Assembly (NCBI RefSeq): GCF_018350175.1
Contig: NC_058368.1
Location: forward strand, 48,858,001-48,922,000
Origin: Felis catus
Lineage: Eukaryota
Reading direction: 5' to 3'
Length of the DNA stretch: 64,000 nucleotides
A program made the position numbers and the translations under genes. Under the pieces are notes generated by a model. The model did no database searches. It saw only the letters and a program-made list of their open reading frames with translations, and was not told where the DNA came from. Positions 53,410 through 64,000 of this stretch are shown piece after piece; the stretch's first letter is position 1; every line of letters starts with the position of its first letter.

Positions 53410-53724
53410 TGCATAAATAAAGGCTGTGGCGTGGTGGCTGGAGCAGCCATGCTATGGAAATTTTGCAATGGTCCAGGACTAGTGCTCCAGTTCATGGACC
53501 CTAGGTCCTGTTGGCACCTGGGTGACAGTATTGGAAATGAGAGGAAAGTTATGGTCTCAGAGGAACAGCTATGGGAACTCTTGCGTCTGGGCCTGCAGAG
53601 CCCCTGCTCAGCTAGCAGTGGGAGGGAGGGAAGAAGCAGCATTGCTAACCACGGTGACGTTGTGATGTTTAAGAAATATATTTCAAGAGGACCCCATCTG
53701 AGAACACGGCGTGGACAGCTGAGG
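53410..53724 (+). other. Candidate alternative 5' exon
   Basis: Unique and CpG-enriched; TATA-like cataaataaa at 53412-53421; donor GAGG|gtaagt with GT at 53725-53726. Confidence 0.35.
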
Positions 53725-54297
53725 GTAAGTGAGACGTGCAGCTCTGGAGTGGCGTGGCAGTACCGTCCTCGTGCACAGTAGAGTTGCGGCTCATCTGGTA
53801 GTAGTGCTGTCAGGACGCAACACGGTCGCCCCTTCCTTAAGAACCTGGGGGTATTTTGTCACCCTTCCTGAGGCTTCACCGTTTTGTGATCAGCCCCTTG
53901 GCACCCGGCTGCCACACTATCTCATCTGAGATCCTTAACTGTTGGTGAGGCTCCTGCCACGTGAGGAACCATCTCCACTCTCCTGCCTTACCCATGCCCT
54001 TGTCACTGCAAAGCGAATTCTCCTTTCCTTTGGAATCACTCCCCATGCATCTACTTTGCACTTAAAAACATAAGCCTTGTTTTCATTCAGCAAACCTTTT
54101 AAGGCCCCCATGAGAAGCCCAGTGACCCAAATCATTCTGTTCTGTCCGTTTTGGGGAATGCATGCGTGGTATTGCCACTTTGGGTACTAAAGATGGAGAT
54201 TGTCTTCAAATGGAGCCAATATTATGATAGACAGTTTGATAATGTGATACAGATACAGAGTGAGAACTGTGGAAATATCACAAAAATTGGGTGTTAG

Positions 54298-54470
54298 GCG
54301 TGCCTGGGTGGCTCAGTCAGTTAGGCATCTGACTTTGGCTTGGGTCATGATCTCACAGTTTGTGAGCTTGAGCCCTGCACTAACAGTGTGGAGCCAGCCT
54401 GGGATTCCCTCTCTCCCTCTCTCTTTCCCTTCCCCACTTGTGCTTTCTCTCTCTTTCAAAATAAATAAAT
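54298..54470 (+). mobile_element. Can-SINE
   Basis: Perfect 16-bp TSD aaaaattgggtgttag at 54282-54297 and 54471-54486. Confidence 0.96.
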
Positions 54471-55648
54471 AAAAATTGGGTGTTAGACTTAAAATAAACA
54501 CAGGTTTTGTGGTCAACTCACTAAACCACAATATCTTGAATTGCTTGCTTTGTAGCAATCTGCACAAAGTAAACCATCCCAGATATAGTTTTTAAAACAG
54601 TATATGAGATAGCCTTCACTTTACTTGATGCGACTGCCTAGATTCTTCCTCCCTCTCATCTCCTCCTTTCCCTTCCTTCTCTTCCTTCCTTCTCTTTACT
54701 TTCCCTCTTCTCTTCATTTCTTTCCAAACTTCTGACCCTGGAATTCCAGGAGACAAACTTTCTTGGACTTTTTCTTTTAATACCTGTAAGCTTGTATGGT
54801 GGTTTAAAATACCTCTTAGTCTTTTGAATGATTTTGCTTTTTCCTTGAAGGGCTTCTGTTCTCGTCCTTCTTATTCTCTGTTGATCTTTGAGACTTCACA
54901 TATGATCTCATTCATTTGTAGTTGTTTTACACTTGCCCAATGAAGTGCTCTTTTGGTCTAAAAATGGTGCATTTTGCACTTTTTAAGTCACATTTAGGGA
55001 CCCAAGAATATATTGTAATGAATATTTCACGTTAAAAGTTCTGGTTCAATAGAAATAACTGCAAAAGTGATGCCAGAGTCTTTCAAGTTCTGGCCAAGAC
55101 TATTGTTTTACAGTGAGGAGAGAGCTCTCCATTCTAGGGAATGTAAAGTATTGGTCTATTACATCTGAAGTTCAGTGTGTCCACTGAGAATCTTAGATAC
55201 TCCATCTCTCTAGCTTATTCCCGTGTTTATACTCATTTAGACACCATTAAAGAATAAATGTGATTCTACTTTTAGGACAAAGGCAATCAGCTTGATCTCA
55301 CACTTGATTTTACATGACCATTAGATCAGGTGGAGCAAAACCAAGTGTAATCAAATTCATAGTTCTCAGTACATGGGCCCTTGTGAATCTTTAATGAGAC
55401 CCACCCAAAGGCAAACATACCTTGAGCATTGTTTGAAATACACAATGTAGAATAAAATTATACAGATGTACATCTCATTAAGTCATAAAATCCTGATTTA
55501 GCAAGCTCTGTGAAAAGTTGGCTACTCATAAAAGATCAAATGAAAGTTAGATATTTATAGTTTTGATCCTTGACATGAGTGTCCAGTTTAGGGAAACAAG
55601 TCAATCTATGGATTAATTCATTTATTTGTTCTGCAAACACTAAGGCAC

Positions 55649-56158
55649 TATATTAGTTTTGTATTACTGCTGTAACAAATTGCCACAAACTTAGTCACTG
55701 AAAATAATATAAATATATGATCTTATAGTACTGTATGTGAGAAGTTTGACACAGGTCACCCTGAACTAAAATGAAGGTGTTGGCAATACTAAATTCCTTT
55801 CTGGAGACTCTAGGGGAGATTCGATTTCATTGCCTTTTCCAGCTTCTTGAAGCTGCTACATTCTTTGGCTCATGACCCTCCTTCCCCCATATTCAGAGCC
55901 AGAAATGTTGCATCTCTTTTTAATCTTTCTCTTATCTTCATATTTTTCCCTCTGATGAAAGCCTGAAAAAGTTCTCCACTTTTAAGGTTCAGGTGATTAA
56001 TTGGGTCCACCCGGATAATCTAGGACAGTCACCCCATCTCAAGGTCTATACCCTTAATCACATCTGCAAAGTCTCTTTTACTGTGTAAGGTAACATACTG
56101 ACAGGTTCTGGGGACTAGGGTGTGGACAACTTTGGGGACCATCATTCTACCTACCATA
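55649..56158 (-). mobile_element. MaLR solo LTR (MLT1C/D-like)
   Basis: tattagttttgtattactgctgtaacaaattgccacaaacttag...cttaatcacatctgcaaagtc...cattctacctaccata. Confidence 0.9.
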
Positions 56159-56374
56159 GCTACTATGTTTCCCTTTTCAGGGCACTAGTCATATAAAGCA
56201 AAAAACAAAAAAAAACAAAAAACAAAAACAAAAACAAAACCACAATGGTCTTATTTCCTGGAGCTTTTGTTATTAGAGGATGAATAGTAGGCCAAGATCT
56301 GGATGCCTCTGTGAAAAAATAGGTAGCAATCATTTAGGTAACATACCCATCATTGGGCCAGGTTAAATTAAGCA

Positions 56375-56610
56375 GTGTGAAAAAGACCATGGTTTGAGAG
56401 GCAGGGCACATCTGGGTTCCAATTCTCAGCCAATTGCTTAACTGAGAAAAAAAAGAAACTGGAATCTGCCTAATCTTGCTGAGCCCAGTTTCTTTAACTA
56501 TAAATAGGGGGAAATATCACCCATCAAGCAGGACTGTTATTGAGGATTAAATGAAATTGCATATGCAAACGCACAGTGCATAGGCATGGAGTGAATGCTC
56601 AAAAAAATAT
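56375..56610 (+). mobile_element. MIR SINE
   Basis: tctgggttccaattctcagc...ctgagcccagtttc...gaggattaaatga. Confidence 0.65.
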
Positions 56611-57656
56611 CATTTCTCTTCCTTAAAAAAGGTGTCATTCTATGAAATTTGGAAACATGATTCCAAGGTCAAACAACAGGACTGTTTTCAGTTGGTATTA
56701 TTTAGAGGCATGAAGAAAATCTCCCTGACTCTAATTTATCTTTTATCACATTTCCTGAAACTTAAGAACTAGAAATATATTCTTTTGGCTTATGGTTCAC
56801 TTTCTAAGTGTGCTCATTAAATATAGAGTTGTTATCAAGAAGGATAAAACATGAAGCTGTTATAAGTAATTGTCACTGTAATGTGAATTTGTCAAAGGAG
56901 GCTGATTAAAGCTGATTAAGTTAGGGGTCATTTTGTTGTGAGCAAAACAGAGAAGAGAAAATAAGCTTATGTGATAGTTCAACTCTTAAGAAGGGCAGAC
57001 CTGATTAAAGTGCCAAAGTTGGTAGCATTTGGACTTCTCTTTTGTGGAGAGGGAACTTAATGGAGGAAGAAACTGAGAAGGAAAACCAGGGAGATTTGAG
57101 TTCACATTTCCCCACTGCTCTCGGTATCTAAAGATGTCCCTGCTGGCTTGATTCATTAGACATCATCTATTTAGGGGACACTAAATGATACTGAGAGATA
57201 ATCTTAGTTGTATTATAGTATTGAGCACAAACTCATTCTTCTATTCAAGGATAATACTTCCACTGAGTGGATATTGAGTTTGAAAGTATCATCCCTATGG
57301 GGTTTGGAGCCAGGCAGATTTCTGAAAGTTTATTTCTTGGGGTGAGGGGAAGGAGACCATGCCAGATTCAGGCATGACTTCCCTCTCTGTGAAGATGGAA
57401 GCTAAGTAAGCAGAGGAACAGAACAACCTGACTGGTTCCTGGGGAGAGGGGACATTAGGGAACCAGGTGGTACCACAAGGGTCCATTAAGGGAGACAGAC
57501 ATGAGGATGTGAGTCCAGAAGACTGGATTAAGACCCCAGGAGATTAGTTCTCAGGATGGGACAGGCAGGTTGCTTGTATCATGACAGAGGACAAAGTTAA
57601 ACACAGACATTAGAGTTTCATTTCAATTAGTGATGGGAAGGCTGAGTTAAATTTCT

Positions 57657-59511
57657 TTTTTTTTATATATATGAAATTTATTGACAAATTGGTTTCCATA
57701 TAACACCCAGTGCTCATCCCAAAAGGTGCCCTCCTCAATACCCATCACCCACCCTCTCCTCCCTCCCACCCCCCATCAACCCTCAGTTTGTTCTCAGTTT
57801 TTAACAGTCTCTTATGCTTTGGCTCTCTCCCACTCTAACCTCTTTTTTTTTTTTTTTCCTTCCCCTCCCCCATGGGTTCCTGTTAAGTTTCTCAGGATCC
57901 ACATAAGAGTGAAACCATATGGTATCTGTCTTTCTCTGTATGGCTTATTTCACTTAGCATCACACTCTCCAGTTCCATCCACGTTGCTACAAAAGGCCAT
58001 ATTTCATTTTTTCTCATTGCCACGTAATATTCCATTGTGTATATAAACCACAATTTCTTTATCCATTCATCAGTTGATGGACATTTAGGCTCTTTCCATA
58101 ATTTGGCTATTGTTGAGAGTGCTGCTATGAACATTGGAGTACAAGTGGCCCTATGCATCAGTACTCCTGTATCCCTTGGATAAATTCCTAGCAGTGCTAT
58201 TGCTGGGTCATAGGGTAGGTCTATTTTTAATTTTCTGAGGAACCTCCACACTGCTTTCCAGAGCGGCTGCACCAATTTGCATTCCCACCAACAGTGCAAG
58301 AGGGTTCCCGTTTCTCCACATCCTCTCCAGCATCTAGAGTCTCCTGATTTGTTCATTTTGGCCACTCTGACTGGCGTGAGGTGATACCTGAGTGTGGTTT
58401 TGATTTGTATTTCCCTGATAAGGAGCGACGCTGAACATCTTTTCATGTGCCTGTTGGCCATCCGGATGTCTTCTTTAGAGAAGTGTCTATTCATGTTTTC
58501 TGCCCATTTCTTCACTGGGTTATTTGTTTTTCGGGTGTGGAGTTTGGGGAGCTCTTTATAGGTTTTGGATACTAGCCCTTTGTCCGATATGTCATTTGCG
58601 AATATCTTTTCCCATTCCGTTGATTGCCTTTTAGTTTTGTTGGTTGTTTCCTTTGCTATGCAGAAGCTTTTTATCTTCATAAGGTCCCAGTAATTCACTT
58701 TTGCGTTTAATTCCCTTGCCTTTGGGGATGTGTCGAGTAAGAGATTGCTACGGCTGAGGTCAGAGAGGTCTTTTCCTGCTTTCTCCTCTAAGGTTTTGAT
58801 GGTTTCCTGTCTCACATTTAGGTCCTTTATCCATTTGGAGTTTATTTTTGTGAATGGTGTGAGAAAGTGGTCTAGTTTCAACCTTCTGCATGTTGCTGTC
58901 CAGTTCTCCCAGCACCATTTGTTAAAGAGACTGTCTTTTTTCCATTGGATGTTCTTTCCTGCTTTGTCAAAGATGAGTTGGCCATACGTTTGTGGGTCTA
59001 GTTCTGGGGTTTCTATTCTATTCCATTGGTCTAAGTGTCTGTTTTTGTGCCAATACCATGCTGTCTTGATGATGACAGCTTTGTAGTAGAGGCTAAAGTC
59101 TGGGATTGTGATGCCTCCTGCTTTGGTCTTCTTCTTCAAAATTACATTGGCTATTCGGGGCCTTTTGTGGTTCCATATGAATTTTAGGATTGCTTGTTCT
59201 AGTTTCGAGAAGAATGCTGGTGCAATTTTGATTGGGATTGCATTGAATGTGTAGATAGCTTTGGGTAGTATAGATAGCTTTGGTAGTATCTGCCCCGGCT
59301 CCCTCCCGCCAGTCCGTGGAGCGCGCACCATCTCGCCGCCCTTCCTACCCTCTTCTGTGGGCCTCTCGTCTGTGTTTGGCTCCGGCGACTCCGTTCTGCT
59401 AATCCTCTGGTGGTTTTCTGGGTTATTTAGGCAGGTGTAGGTGGAATCTAAGTGATCAGCAGGACATGCGGTGAGCCCAGCGTCCTCCTAAGCCGCCATC
59501 TTGCAAACCTC
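57657..59511 (-). mobile_element. Young felid L1 with intact 5' and 3' termini but a large internal deletion
   Basis: Perfect 15-bp TSD ctgagttaaatttct at 57642-57656 and 59512-59526; AATAAA and a short A tail; 5'UTR (59290-59511) homologous to the L1 start at ~62080-62296; YY1 site gccgccatcttg at 59492-59503. Confidence 0.97.
57892..59331 (-). CDS. Chimeric L1 ORF: 14 aa from the 5'UTR, a 6-aa linker and the 459-aa ORF2p C-terminal region with CCHC knuckle; expression unknown
   Basis: 479-aa uninterrupted [38 protein letters not shown]...[18 protein letters not shown]...[21 protein letters not shown]; no EN domain or FADD RT motif. Confidence 0.6.
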   Translation of the reverse strand: MVRAPRTGGREPGQILPKLSILPKAIYTFNAIPIKIAPAFFSKLEQAILKFIWNHKRPRIANVILKKKTKAGGITIPDFSLYYKAVIIKTAWYWHKNRHLDQWNRIETPELDPQTYGQLIFDKAGKNIQWKKDSLFNKWCWENWTATCRRLKLDHFLTPFTKINSKWIKDLNVRQETIKTLEEKAGKDLSDLSRSNLLLDTSPKARELNAKVNYWDLMKIKSFCIAKETTNKTKRQSTEWEKIFANDISDKGLVSKTYKELPKLHTRKTNNPVKKWAENMNRHFSKEDIRMANRHMKRCSASLLIREIQIKTTLRYHLTPVRVAKMNKSGDSRCWRGCGETGTLLHCWWECKLVQPLWKAVWRFLRKLKIDLPYDPAIALLGIYPRDTGVLMHRATCTPMFIAALSTIAKLWKEPKCPSTDEWIKKLWFIYTMEYYVAMRKNEIWPFVATWMELESVMLSEISHTEKDRYHMVSLLCGS

Positions 59512-59789
59512 CTGAGTTAAATTTCTAAGACTGAGATCCATGTTTGATAATGGTTCCTATATTATTGGAAGATACACATTTCACAAAGGAAGACAGTGAG
59601 CAAGGTAACACAAAAGACTTGTGGTTGCATGAGGACTGTGGGCAAATGAACGAGTTTACATTAGTTACAGGAACAGGTTTGGAAAGTTGTCACCGGCGGG
59701 TGGGGATACAGGCTACGACATACATTAGAGAATAAATGCTAAAAGAAGTTCCCATGGAGAGGAACTATTTTGGGAAAGAGGCAGCATGA

Positions 59790-59975
59790 AAGAAAGCTAA
59801 GTGTGGAGGCTCTAGGTTAATGCCCAAGGGCTCCAGGGCTCTCAGCTCCTCACCTGCAATATGGACATAAAAATGATATCTTATAGGTTTGTGATGAAAT
59901 CAAAATGAGATAATGCCTGTGAAGCACTTCATGTAGTGACTGACATAGTAAATAAACACTCAATACAGTTTAGGA
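59790..59975 (+). mobile_element. MIR SINE relic
   Basis: ctcagctcctcacctgcaatatgg...ataggtttgtgatgaaatcaaaatgagataatg. Confidence 0.6.
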
Positions 59976-60223
59976 ACTACCATTTATTTTAATGATTCTG
60001 AGCCACAGAGCTATTTCTCTATTTCCTCTAGGGGCTGAGACCTGGGATTGCTGAGTATTGGTATTCAGACCTTCCATTATCTGAGGGGAGTACAGAGGGG
60101 AGCTTACACCCTCTCTTTCCCCTATTGACTTTCTCCTATTGGGGATTAAAATTTAAGTTGGAGTATGGCAGTTTGCATGGATAGTCCTTCCTTCTAAATA
60201 TTATCATAGGGAGGCATCTTCTT

Positions 60224-60259
60224 CTTCTTCTTCTTTTTTTAGGTTAACTTTATTAATTT

Positions 60260-60304
<45 letters not shown>

Positions 60305-60441
60305 ACGGGAGGGGCAGAGAGAGGGAGGCAGAGAATCCCAAGTAGGCTCCAGGCTGCCAGTGCAGAGCCCGTCCCTGAGATCATGACCTGAACTAAAATC
60401 AAGAGTGAGATGCTTAACCAACTGAACCACCCAGGCGCCCC
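60224..60441 (-). mobile_element. Can-SINE (short internal deletion)
   Basis: Body; TSD gaggcatcttctt at 60211-60223 and 60445-60457. Confidence 0.95.
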
Positions 60442-61359
60442 TGAGAGGCATCTTCTTTCTTGCTCCATCATGAAATTAACATCATAAATCCAATAATTAC
60501 TCCCATCGAGTACTTGAGGGGCACATGCGTGTTAGGTGCTCACCGACACTCAACACTCAGAGGAAATAGTGTAAACAAAAGTTGACATGCTCTAAAAGAG
60601 TCTGCAATTGAGAAATACTCTAGGAAATGATAACCCCTAAAGTTTGTGACATATACTCCAGATATTTTAATAAATATTGTTAAGATATCCAGCTTATTTT
60701 CTTTCTAATATTATCATGGAGTCCATTTTCATATCAAATTTTCATAGAGCAGCATACTGTTTCTATCAAGAATAATGACAAATTCCATATCACTTTCATT
60801 CACATGTTTGTCTCTATATATAATCACTATTAAAATCACAGGCTTGAGTGGAAAAAAGAAAAAAATATGAATGGCAAATCATACAGAGAAATCAAATTGG
60901 TTCAGCACATAAAATATTCCATTTTCAAATGCCTTGCAATATAAATGAAATAGATTGAGTAGTGCTATTTTCGAGGCTGTCCCCTATTCAGCATTTATGA
61001 TGAACTCTCTTGAAATAAGAGAGAACATTCAGTCTTTACTGAAGTGTTCCTGGTATTTCTTAAGTAGATGACTTTCAGGGACTTTATATAAGAAATAAAT
61101 ACCAAAGAAATCTATGTCCAGACTATTTTCATGATTAGGTAAATCCTAAATCTTGAAGAATTTAGAGTCTTGATTTTTTTTAAAGTGTTAAGAGGCTGTA
61201 GGTTATTAGTAAATTTCTCTTTGGGAGAAGTTCAGCATTTTGCACATTTAAATAAATATTTTACATGCAAAGAAACTCCATCTGCCATTTCTGGTCCTAT
61301 GTATATATTTGAATCCACTAAATCTATTAAGAAGTGGATACATATTTATTGCATACTTG

Positions 61360-61720
61360 CTATATAACCAGTACTGTGACAGGTGCTATGAAATTTAAGA
61401 TATAAATCAATTATAGATTATAATCTTTATCCTATAGGAGCTTTGATTAATGTTAGGAAAGCATACATGGTAGAGTATATATAATAAAATCTTGCCTGGT
61501 GGAGGTCAAACTATAAGAGCAATAGAGTTAAGAAGTGAAGAGGTCACTGTGATTCATAGTACTCCAGGAAGACTTCCTGAAGGAGGTTGCACTTAAGCTG
61601 AAAAAGAGTGTCACATGGGGGACAGTGGTATTCTAGACCTGAGAGAGGCTAACAGGGGTTTGAATGTGACACCAATGAAAGAGAGTGAGAAGAGAGGCCT
61701 GGCCATGAGGTAACAGGAGG
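61360..61720 (-). mobile_element. L2 relic
   Basis: ccaggaagacttcctgaaggaggttgcacttaagctgaa. Confidence 0.5.
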
Positions 61721-62424
61721 AAACAGTGGGTCTGTAGGATAAAACCAGTGTATGGAGGGCCTAGAAGTATAAGTTGAAAAGCAATAAGCAGCAGGGTGTG
61801 TTCCACTGGCCTGGCCTATGTGGTCATCTAAAACAGATACCACTGAGCTTCGTCCTGGGGAGAGCTCAGTGGCTACTGGTATTGAGGGTCGTGTGCAGCT
61901 GTGGGTCTACCTGTCGGTGGGATTACCAGTCCTGCTGGGTGGGACTCGTGACGTCATAAAACATGAAGGTAGCTGAATCCAGGCCAGAACTAACATTTGC
62001 TCAAGACTGGGTCCCAAAAGGTCTTCACAGCATCTTCGTCAGTAGATTCCATCTCAAGAAACTACTTTCGGAGTGACCAGGAGGAAGATGGGGGTGTAGG
62101 AGGACGCTGGGCTCACCTCGTCCTGCTGATCACTTAGATTCCACCCACACCTGCCTACATAACCCAGAAAACCGCCAGAAGACGAACAGAACGGACTCTC
62201 CAGAGCTAAGTGTGGACAAGAGGCCCACGGAAGAGGGTAGGAAGGGCAGAGAGGCAGTGTGTGCTAACACGGACTGGCAGGAGGGAGCTAGGGCAGTGGA
62301 GGAGCAGCCCGCCCAGCAAGGCAGAGCCCCTGAAGTCTGGCTTGCAAAAGTGGAGGGGCCGGACAACGTGAGTTCTGACAGCCAGTGGGACTTAACATCT
62401 GGAATGTTAAAAGTCAACAGATCT

Positions 62425-62591
62425 GGGGTGCCTGGGTGGCTCAGTCAGTTAAGCATCTGACTTCAGCTCAGGTCATGATCTCACAGCTTGTGAGTTCAAG
62501 TCCCAATTTGGGCTCTGTGCTGACAGCTTGGAGCCTGGAGCCTGCTTCAGATTCTGTGTCTCCCTCTCTCTCTGCCCCTCCCCTGCTCACA

Positions 62592-62633
<42 letters not shown>

Positions 62634-62672
62634 AAAAAAAAATATTAAAAAATTTTTTTTAAAAATTAAAAA
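62425..62672 (+). mobile_element. Can-SINE inserted in the L1 5'UTR
   Basis: Full body; TSD aaaagtcaac(a/t)g(a/c)tct on both sides. Confidence 0.95.
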
Positions 62673-63274
62673 AAAAGTCAACTGCTCTACTCTGGGAGAG
62701 TGTGGAAGGCAAGAGGACGCTGGGAGGGAGAGTTGTTGAGCCCCGGAAGACAGAGCTCATCTTGGTGGGAAACAAAGGCACTGGCAAGTGCCCTTTCCCT
62801 CTCCCATCCCCCAGCCAAAATTCCAAAGGGAACCAGTTCCCATCACCAAACTTGCTTGCAGCGCGCAAACACCCAATGCTGTGCTTCTGTGGATCCATCC
62901 CTCCGACGGCCTGCCTCCCTCCCGGTGCTGCAGGGCCCCTCCCACAGGGGACCACCTACAACAAAGCCTGCCCCTCCTGCCCCTGTGCACCTTGTGGATC
63001 CACCCCGGCTAATACACCCTTGGCCAGATCCCATCAAAGCAGCACCACAAGCCTGGCAGTGTGCAAGTAGCCCAGACAGGGGCCACACCACTCCACAGTG
63101 AGTCTTGCCCCTGGGAGAGGGGAAGATAAGGTACACACCAGTCTGACTGTGGCCCCAGCAGTGGGCTGGGGGCAGACATCGGGTCTGACTGCGGCCCCAC
63201 CCACCAACACAAGTTACTCCGGACAGCACAAGGAAAGTGCTCCGCAGTTTGTAGCTACTGCAGGAACTACCAAC

Positions 63275-64000
63275 ATGACGAAACAGAAGAATTCTCCTCA
63301 AAAGAAACTCTAGGAAGTAGCAACAGCTAATGAACTGATCAAAAACGATTTACACAATATAACAGAACAAGAATTTAGTATAATAGTCATAAAATTAATC
63401 GCTGGGCTTGAAAAAAGCATAGAGAACAACAAAGAATCTATTGCTATGGAGATCAAGGGACTAAGAAATAGTCATGAGGAACTAAAAAATGCTATAAATG
63501 AGGTGCAAAATAAAACGGAGGCGGCCATAGCATGGATTGAAGATGCAAAGCAGAGAATAGATGAATTTGAAGATAAAATTATGGAAAAAGAGGAAGCTGA
63601 GGAAAGAGAGATAAAAAAATCCAGGAGTACCAGGGAGAATTAGAGAACTAAGTGATGCAATCAAACGGAACAATATCCGTATCATAGGAATTCCAGAAGA
63701 GGAAGAGAGAGAGAAAGGGGCTGAAGGTGTACTTGAACAAATCATAGCTGAGAACTGCCCCGATCTGGGGAAGGAAAAAGGCGTTGAATCCAAGAGGCAC
63801 AGAGAAGTCCCTTCAGACGTAACTTGAATCAATCTTCTGCACAATATATCATAGTGAAACTGGCAAAATACAAGGATAAAGAGAAAATTCTGAAAGCAGC
63901 TAGGGATAAACAGGCTCTAACTTACAGAGGCAGACACATAAGAATAGTGGCAGACCTATCTACTGAAACTTGGCAGGCCAGAAAGGAATGGCAGGAAATC
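63275..64000 (+). pseudogene. Disrupted L1 ORF1p
   Basis: MTKQKNSPQKKL* with a stop at 63311-63313; coiled-coil-like MEIKGLRNSHEELKNAINEVQNK; frameshift near 63620; then NNIRIIGIPEEEEREKG and IIVKLAKYKDKEKILKAARDK ORF1 motifs. Confidence 0.9.

Larger units (their letters stand above)
62070..64000 (+). mobile_element. 5' end of an older, possibly full-length feliform L1 (5'UTR plus disrupted ORF1) that runs off the window
   Basis: gaggaagatgg...aggaggacgctgggctcacc 5'UTR start; GC-rich UTR; ORF1 from ATG 63275. Confidence 0.95.

Noticed and set aside
58730..59086. Antisense ORFs within L1 ORF2 (also 51620-51988)
   Set aside because: Expected by-product of L1 ORF2 composition; the same peptide recurs in every copy.
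59285..59296. Canonical splicing as the origin of the mini-L1 junction
   Set aside because: The junction carries an 18-nt duplication, which splicing would not create. Not fully excluded without a consensus alignment.
62659..63313. Several 70-152 aa ORFs on both strands, including a possible ORF0-like antisense ORF
   Set aside because: They lie in the GC-rich L1 5'UTR, where stops are scarce. ORF0 is described in primates, and nothing here supports an equivalent.
1..64000. tRNA genes, CRISPR arrays, operons or prokaryotic defence systems
   Set aside because: The sequence is mammalian; tRNA-like boxes are all Can-SINE or MIR heads, and I saw no regularly spaced repeat-spacer array.

Overview
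Mammalian, not prokaryotic, DNA. The tRNA-derived Can-SINEs and the LINE-1 ends are of the feliform type, most likely Felidae. The window is AT-rich and repeat-dense, as expected for intronic or 5'-gene sequence: about 18 Can-SINEs (most with readable target-site duplications, TSDs), six L1 pieces of different ages, MaLR LTRs, L2/MIR relics and hAT DNA-transposon relics. I recognise no host protein-coding exon and name no gene. Two non-repetitive segments look like + strand promoter/5' exons: ~17.0-17.4 kb (perfect RFX X-box, splice donor at 17412) and ~53.4-53.7 kb (donor at 53725). The most unusual object is a young, TSD-flanked 1.86-kb L1 (57657-59511, - strand). Its first 222 nt of 5'UTR are joined through an 18-nt duplicated linker directly to the last third of ORF2, giving an uninterrupted 479-aa chimeric ORF without ORF1, the endonuclease or the RT core. 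Two short locally templated duplications sit near 42.1-42.5 kb. Repeat subfamily names come from recognition by eye and need RepeatMasker/Dfam confirmation; boundaries of old repeats are approximate.
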